Shown here piece after piece: positions 57,821-63,254 of a stretch of DNA of 63,254 bases (position 1 is its first letter; every line of letters starts with the position of its first letter). This stretch comes from a virus (taxonomy: Duplodnaviria; Caudoviricetes). The stretch covers positions 1 through 63,254 of the IMG/VR virus record IMGVR_UViG_3300049144_000047; one strand, written 5' to 3'. The position numbers were made by a program, and so were the translations under genes. Below the pieces are notes generated by a model. It was not told the origin of the DNA. It made no database searches and saw nothing but the letters and a program-made list of their open reading frames with translations.

Positions 57821-58000
57821 CGGTTTCTGCTCCCCAGGCATCGCAGCCCCCCTCGATTGACTGGCGGACACGCTAGAGCGCCCCACGCTATCGATACTGG
57901 GGGCGTGAGCTGTGCGTTCAGGCGCGCGACACGGCAAGCGGCGCCGGCACCGGCGGGCGCCATAAACACCGCTGCTCGCAGGTGCTGCAGCTGCCGCCAG

Positions 58001-59632
58001 TCAGGCGTCTGGTTGTACGACTACTCCCTGAATGGGTCGGGCGTCGGCGGCGGCGGCGGAGACATGGGGGTGCCGATCACTCCTTGCTCGGGTAGGACAC
58101 TTACTGACCTGCAGTGTGGCCAGTTCGTCGCGACCGGACGGTTGGAGTGCCAGCGGATCACTCCGCTGGGGTGGCACGGCCTTGACGGCCGTGTCTTCCC
58201 GCTTCACCGCCCCCTGCCGACCGCCCCGAAGGACGGTCGGTCTTATGGAAGCTCCACGGGCGTTTTTATCGTCGGTCTCCCGGCTATCGCAGGCGACCGG
58301 TGCATCAACAAGAACTGCATGGCGTGCGATGTTCCGGGCCGCGTTGAAGTCCCGGTCCATCGCAGACTTGCAGTTCCCACAGTGGAACGTCCGATCCGAG
58401 AGCGTCAGGCTTGGATTTCGCCATCCGCAGTTCGAACAGGTTTTACTCGACGGGAACCAGCGGTCCAGGACTGCCAGCTTCGACCCGTACCAGGCTGTTT
58501 TGTACGTGAGCTGTCGGCGGAACTCGCCCAGTGACGCATCAAGGAGGCTACGGTTCAGCCCCGCCTTCTGGCGCACCTGCTTACCTGGCGTCGCCACGGT
58601 TCCGCGAGATGAGCGGGTCATTCCTGCGATGTTGAGGTCTTCTACCGCCACGACAGCGAAGCCGACTGCCAGACGCTTGGTCACCTGATGCAAAGCAGTT
58701 ACTCGGCGCGTCGCAACCTCGTGACGCAGGCGACCGACCCGCCGCTTCGCCTTCTCGCGCCGGCCCGAGCCTTTCGCTGTCCGCGACAAGGATTGCTGCG
58801 CTTTCAACAAACGCTTATTTGCTTGTCGCAGGTGTCGAGGGTTCTCTACGAAACGGGCCGCCGGATCGTCACCGATCAGGGGCTGAGACAGTGCGGCGAG
58901 GTACTTCACTCCCAGATCGACGCCGACCGTGCCGCGCTCACGCTGGCGGCGAGACGGTCGATCCGGAAACTCAACGGCGACCCTGCAAAGCACCGATGCG
59001 TACCAGCGGTGCCCACCTCGGGATACTGTCACAGACTGCACTTGCGCCCGGCCATTACTGATCAGTTTGGCGAGACGCTTCGCCGACTCATGCAGCCGGA
59101 CTTCACCGAGCGTCGGCAAGCGGAGCCGTCGATATCCGGCGAACCGGATCGACGGATGCTTTACGTTGTGATGTAGCCGAAACGCATCGCGCGAATGCCT
59201 CTTCTTCTTGAGCTTCGGGTAGCCGATCCGGCGCCCAGCCCGCTTGCCGGACAGAGAGTCCAGCCAATTCTTCCAAGCTCGATCCGCATCAATAAAGGCC
59301 GACTGGAACGCGTAGGTATTCACTTCATGCCACCAGGGGCACGAGCCGTCAACGCCGGTACGGGAGTCGCCCTTGGTTTCGTTCAGCGCCTTCTGGATTG
59401 ACGGCTTCGTCGGGATCGCCACCCGCACTTGCTTGCGGGCACCGTCCTCCGGAACTCCCTGCTCAACCAGGTTGGCGACCCGGGCGCGCCAATCCTCGTG
59501 CGCTGCGACCTTCACCGCGATTGCATGGTTGAACGCCCACCGTGCCGCACCCGCATGCCGAGCCAGCGCTTCCAGTTGCGCCGTGGTCGGATCCAAGGCG
59601 AACCGGTACGCGCGCAGGATTTCGGTCTGCAC
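58001..59632 (-). CDS. tnpB: RNA-guided endonuclease TnpB
   Basis: RAYRFALDPT HTH; RuvC GVDLG, VEDL, DRDFNAA; CSNC/CGNC Zn finger. Confidence 0.92.
   Translation of the reverse strand: MQTEILRAYRFALDPTTAQLEALARHAGAARWAFNHAIAVKVAAHEDWRARVANLVEQGVPEDGARKQVRVAIPTKPSIQKALNETKGDSRTGVDGSCPWWHEVNTYAFQSAFIDADRAWKNWLDSLSGKRAGRRIGYPKLKKKRHSRDAFRLHHNVKHPSIRFAGYRRLRLPTLGEVRLHESAKRLAKLISNGRAQVQSVTVSRGGHRWYASVLCRVAVEFPDRPSRRQRERGTVGVDLGVKYLAALSQPLIGDDPAARFVENPRHLRQANKRLLKAQQSLSRTAKGSGRREKAKRRVGRLRHEVATRRVTALHQVTKRLAVGFAVVAVEDLNIAGMTRSSRGTVATPGKQVRQKAGLNRSLLDASLGEFRRQLTYKTAWYGSKLAVLDRWFPSSKTCSNCGWRNPSLTLSDRTFHCGNCKSAMDRDFNAARNIARHAVLVDAPVACDSRETDDKNARGASIRPTVLRGGRQGAVKREDTAVKAVPPQRSDPLALQPSGRDELATLQVSKCPTRARSDRHPHVSAAAADARPIQGVVVQPDA
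58148..58300 (-). ncRNA. Putative omegaRNA scaffold overlapping the tnpB 3' end (limits approximate)
   Basis: AACGCCCGTGGAG..GTGAAGCGGGAA segments and stacked hairpins ending ccagcgga-gtga-tccgctgg. Confidence 0.55.
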
Positions 59633-59661
59633 GGAGCCTCCTCTCAGGGGCGGCACGGTGG

Positions 59662-59683
59662 ACGATATAGGCAGGGACTGACA
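59662..59683 (-). promoter_or_regulatory. RecA-NDp/PafBC-type DNA-damage promoter upstream of tnpB
   Basis: TGTCAG-N10-TATCGT, then RBS gaggagg. Confidence 0.6.
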
Positions 59684-59713
59684 GTGCTACTTGATGTCGT
59701 GCGGAAGAACTCC

Positions 59714-59895
59714 GGCCCAGGTACTCCTGCGTGGGCTCGAACAGCCTGCAGGGCAGGTACTTGGGGATCTCGTCGAGCGTGACCCAGGCGACCGCATCGA
59801 GCTCGAGGCGTCCGCGACGTGGGCCTCCCCGCCTATGACCTGGCAGGCGGTGTAGCTCATCTCCCGGCCGGTCTTCGGGTGGACGCGCTGGCCGT
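59714..59895 (-). pseudogene. NUDIX hydrolase C-terminal remnant with frameshift
   Basis: QRVHPKTGREMSYTACQV..AHVADA / ELDAVAWV..EIPKY..LFEPTQEYL. Confidence 0.6.
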
Positions 59896-61382
59896 CACTT
59901 GCCCCCCTGGCCGTAGCTCCACCCGCTGCCGGTGCCGCGGTACTCCGAGACGGGGATGGGGTTGACGCCTTCCCGCATCCGCTGCCGGTACAGCGCGCCG
60001 TGTAGGTGGTCGACCTCGTGGGCCACGAGTCGGGCCATGCCGCGCTCGAAGATGGTGATCCGTTCGGTGCCGTCGATGTCGACGTGCTCGACGCTGATGG
60101 CGAGCGGCCTGGGGACCTTGCCGCGCACGTCGAAGAAGCTCAGGCAGCCCTCGTACTGCTCGTCCGTCTCAGGCGACTCCTCGACGATGCGCGGGTTGAA
60201 CAGGGTGATCGCTTCGCCGTCGGGGGAGCGGACGATCGCAGCTGCCCGGTCGATGCCGATCTGCGGGGCGGCGACGCCCATGCCCTTGCCGAAGACGTGC
60301 ACAGTGGAAGCCCGTTCGGCTGCCGAGATCAGCTCGGCGACGACCCGGCGGGCGTCTTCAGCCTCATCGGGGAGGGCGAACGGGCGCGCGGTCTTCGTCA
60401 GGATCGGGTCGCCCTCTTGGACGATGCCGACGGCGCGCATCCGCTCGCTCGCGGTCGCTTCGGGCTCCAGTACGTGCAATGCATCCTCCTGATTTGGGCG
60501 GGTTCGGAACTTCCATTCAAGCCGATAGCGGGCGTGCAGCGGGGGGTCTTCGGTGGACCAGGAGAAGACGCGCCGGCCGTCCTCTTCGGTGCGGCGGATC
60601 GCGGTGCGGAACGGCATCGCCTCGGCGGTCATGCTCGTCTCGGTGCCCCATGTCACCGGGTCGAGCTCGGCCGGGAAGTCTAGGCGGACGCTCATGCGCT
60701 GCGTCGGCAGACGGACCGCCCGCTGGAACCACGATCCCCACTTGTCGTCGCCGACGGTGTAGCTGTACTCCAGCCACACGGACTCGCCGGGGTAGAGCGG
60801 GTACTGACCGAAGATCAGCCACAACTCCTTGAAGGCGTCCCGGTCGTGTTTGACCCGCCACGTCAGCGGCTCGCCGTCGATGGAGGCAGACAGTCCGATC
60901 TCGTCCCACGTCAGTGGATTGTCGCGGTAGTGCTGGTTCGACCGCTCCGGGTCGCCCGGGTAGCGGTCGACGGAGATCCGAATGAGGTACCGGGTGACCG
61001 GGTCGGGGGAGTCGTTGTAGAGCTTGCGCCGCTGGGTGGCGCGGTAGGTGTGGCCGTTGTAGTAGAGCGTGGTGTCCTCGTGTTCGACGATCAGGCTCGT
61101 CGTGTGCGACTCGTCGCCGTTCGGTGCCGGATGAGGCGCGGCCGGCGGCCTGCCGGTGGCCTCCAGGTCGCGGAAGGCGCGGCGCAGTGCTCCACCAGCG
61201 CGAAGGACGTCGTCGGCCTGGGTGGCGAATCCCTTGGACGGCGCCAGCTGGCCGCCCTCGACCTTAGAGACGTAGGACGGCGTGTATCCGACCTTGCTGG
61301 CGAGCGCTGACTGCGAGAGTCCCCGCACATCGCGCCAGTACTTGAGCTCGGCGACGAACGCCTCGGCTGCTTGCTCGGGCAT
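59895..61382 (-). CDS. XRE-HTH / beta-rich domain / peptide deformylase fusion
   Basis: HTH RGLSQSALASKVGYTPSYVSKVEGG; PDF motifs GMGVAAPQIG, EGCLS, HEVDH. Confidence 0.88.
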   Translation of the reverse strand: MPEQAAEAFVAELKYWRDVRGLSQSALASKVGYTPSYVSKVEGGQLAPSKGFATQADDVLRAGGALRRAFRDLEATGRPPAAPHPAPNGDESHTTSLIVEHEDTTLYYNGHTYRATQRRKLYNDSPDPVTRYLIRISVDRYPGDPERSNQHYRDNPLTWDEIGLSASIDGEPLTWRVKHDRDAFKELWLIFGQYPLYPGESVWLEYSYTVGDDKWGSWFQRAVRLPTQRMSVRLDFPAELDPVTWGTETSMTAEAMPFRTAIRRTEEDGRRVFSWSTEDPPLHARYRLEWKFRTRPNQEDALHVLEPEATASERMRAVGIVQEGDPILTKTARPFALPDEAEDARRVVAELISAAERASTVHVFGKGMGVAAPQIGIDRAAAIVRSPDGEAITLFNPRIVEESPETDEQYEGCLSFFDVRGKVPRPLAISVEHVDIDGTERITIFERGMARLVAHEVDHLHGALYRQRMREGVNPIPVSEYRGTGSGWSYGQGGK

Positions 61383-61518
61383 GGCTCCCCTGCCTGTGCC
61401 TGTGATTGAGCTGTGAGTGATCGACTCTCGGGCTGTCGTCACACCGGCATGGCGCGGTGTCCTGCTGTCACAAGCCGAGGAGACCTCGGCTCACAACCGC
61501 AGGAGGCCGCCGATGTTG

Positions 61519-61752
61519 CTAGTCGCTTGCCGAGTCCCTGGACGCCGGCTTCGACCATGGTCCAGCGGCCGGGCGCTCGGGCAGCTTTGACCCTGGCCGC
61601 CGCATGTACCAGCGCATGAACTCGCGCAGCACTTGTCCCCGAGGGCTTCGCCCAGTGGGATGCACAGCCCGCGCCGCCTCTTCGAACGATTCCCATTCGT
61701 CATCCGACGCCCGGAAGCGTCTGGGCGTGTCGTAGTCGGCGTCGGGGCTCAT
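61519..61752 (-). CDS. Ribbon-helix-helix-like regulator
   Basis: RRFRASDDEW..VLREFMRWY. Confidence 0.65.
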   Translation of the reverse strand: MSPDADYDTPRRFRASDDEWESFEEAARAVHPTGRSPRGQVLREFMRWYMRRPGSKLPERPAAGPWSKPASRDSASD

Positions 61753-61771
61753 AGGCAGAGGTTAAACGCTC

Positions 61772-61872
61772 GTGGCTACGAACAGCAACAATCAGGCAGG
61801 CGTTCGTGGCCACAAAAATCTTCACGCACCTGCTTGCTTTGTAGCCACAAGCCGGTCTAGGTTTGTAGCCAC
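61772..61872. promoter_or_regulatory. Four GTRGCYAC palindromic operators
   Basis: gtggctac 61772, gtggccac 61806, gtagccac 61841 and 61865. Confidence 0.7.
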
Positions 61873-61964
61873 AAGGTCAGCCCCGGAAACGGGGCGGCCC
61901 CGCAAGGTGCGTCAACACCAAACGGGGCCTCAGTCCGACCTTTCCCTACCAAGGAGACCGAACC

Positions 61965-62429
61965 GTGAGCACTACGGTACCTCCCACCAACGTCCACCCG
62001 TTCCCGGCGATCAAGCCGGGTCACCGCCTGGTCCCCGCGAAGGTGGGCCGCACGAACGACACCAGCATGATCGCCTACGTCGAGTGCCCGATCTTCTGCA
62101 TCGAGGACCACGTCGACGAGCCGGTCCGCAACATCGAGGACATCGTGCACCGTGGTGACACGGTCAGCGTGCTCGTCCCGACGTTCGGGTACGGCGCCTA
62201 CCCGATCCAGATGCACGCGACGGTCGAAAGCGACCCGGTGGCGGCGGACGGGCAGTTCCGGGCGGCGCACATCACCGTCCAGGACGCCGGCGGAAGCGAG
62301 TACTCCCACCTCACGCCCGAGATGGCCGAGCGCCTGGCCGATGAGGCTGTGGCCTTCGCCGCGAAGATCCGCGAGGCTGCCCGCACGGCTCGCCTGCACA
62401 ACCAGCACGTGGCGGAGGTGGCGGCATGA
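61965..62429 (+). CDS. DUF6907-like protein
   Basis: CPIFCIEDH..H; LTPEMAERLAD. Confidence 0.6.
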   Translation: MSTTVPPTNVHPFPAIKPGHRLVPAKVGRTNDTSMIAYVECPIFCIEDHVDEPVRNIEDIVHRGDTVSVLVPTFGYGAYPIQMHATVESDPVAADGQFRAAHITVQDAGGSEYSHLTPEMAERLADEAVAFAAKIREAARTARLHNQHVAEVAA

Positions 62430-62668
62430 GTGAGACCTCGTTCCCGATCACGCTGCTGGCGCCGGTGGCTGAGGCGCTGGAGTCGTCCGACTCGCAGGTG
62501 CGGGCCGAAGCGTTCGCCCGCATGGCGGTGGAGGCGCTGGAGCTGGCGAAGCAGTCGACCACGACGGAGCTGTTCCAGTTCTGGGGCGGCCTGCACGAGG
62601 ACTTCCACGCAGAGGCCTGCGCGCTGCTGGCCCCGGCTCAGCCGAAGAAGCGGCGGTGGTTCCGATGA
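62426..62668 (+). CDS. Hypothetical protein
   Basis: ATGA coupling. Confidence 0.55.
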   Translation: MSETSFPITLLAPVAEALESSDSQVRAEAFARMAVEALELAKQSTTTELFQFWGGLHEDFHAEACALLAPAQPKKRRWFR

Positions 62669-62910
62669 GCACCCCCACCATCTCCGCCGCCGACCGTGCC
62701 GCGCACATCGCCGCGCAGGGCCCGGTTCGTACCACTCCGCCCCCGAAGCCGGCCCACCATGTTCTGGAGCGTTTCCCGGCTGGTGCCCCGCGCGGTTCCT
62801 GGCCGGCGGAGGAGTTCGCCGCGGACCGTCGCCGTGAGGGCATCCCCGCCCAGGTCGTGATGGACCTGGCCGGTGACGCGTTCCTCGTGATCGTCGAGGA
62901 GTCCAGGTGA
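62665..62910 (+). CDS. Hypothetical protein
   Basis: ATGA coupling. Confidence 0.55.
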   Translation: MSTPTISAADRAAHIAAQGPVRTTPPPKPAHHVLERFPAGAPRGSWPAEEFAADRRREGIPAQVVMDLAGDAFLVIVEESR

Positions 62911-63113
62911 CCGGCGACGAGCGTGCCCGTCTGGCAGCGGCGCAGGCGAAGGCCGACGAGATCGCCGCAACAGTCGGTGAGGTTCCCGACGGGCCGCTGC
63001 TGCGAGTGGCGATCACCGACGTCGAGACGAACACCCGCCTCAGGACCTGCTTCGCCACCTACCAGCCCGACGAGGGCGCCCCGCCGCTTCGGCTGGTTGG
63101 GGAGGGGTCGTGA
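62907..63113 (+). CDS. Hypothetical protein
   Basis: GTGA coupling. Confidence 0.5.
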   Translation: MTGDERARLAAAQAKADEIAATVGEVPDGPLLRVAITDVETNTRLRTCFATYQPDEGAPPLRLVGEGS

Positions 63114-63254
63114 CCGACTCCGAGCGCGCTGAGCTGTCCCGCAAGCTCGCCGAGGCCAACCGCCGTAGCGAGAGCCGGCCCCGCTAGCCCGTAGACCGCC
63201 GCGTCGGCGGAGAAATCCGACCCCCACGGCACCCGCCGGCGCGGTGTCCCACCC

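Larger units (their letters stand above)
1..63254. mobile_element. Temperate actinophage (Streptomyces-like siphovirus) genome
   Basis: Full terminase-portal-capsid-tail-lysis order, integrase/repressor, replication genes, WhiB, very high GC; no host housekeeping genes seen. Confidence 0.95.

Overview
An apparently near-complete (~63 kb), high-GC temperate siphovirus of an actinomycete, most likely Streptomyces, opened just upstream of the small terminase. Layout: packaging/head/tail genes (73-19568), with a GT-B glycosyltransferase directly after the major capsid gene and a -1 frameshifted tail chaperone; a lysis cassette (19635-23575); an accessory block (23683-31976) with a second tyrosine recombinase near a dif/lox-like palindrome, an amber-interrupted Ku, a mini-recombinase and three GntR regulators; attP-like site, integrase and immunity switch (32371-35550); early, recombination and replication genes (beta-clamp-like, RecT-like, DnaQ, WhiB, C5 methyltransferase with a nested +1-frame gene, initiator with iterons, DnaC, DnaB); and a right-end cargo block (ASCH, orphan TnpB, NUDIX remnant, XRE-peptide deformylase fusion). 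The strongest leads are the dual-coded methyltransferase, a TnpA-less TnpB behind a DNA-damage-type promoter that recurs in front of other phage genes, the XRE-deformylase fusion, the capsid-linked glycosyltransferase, and a possible recombinase/dif-like/FtsK-gamma resolution system. All calls are from motif recognition and synteny; no searches were run.
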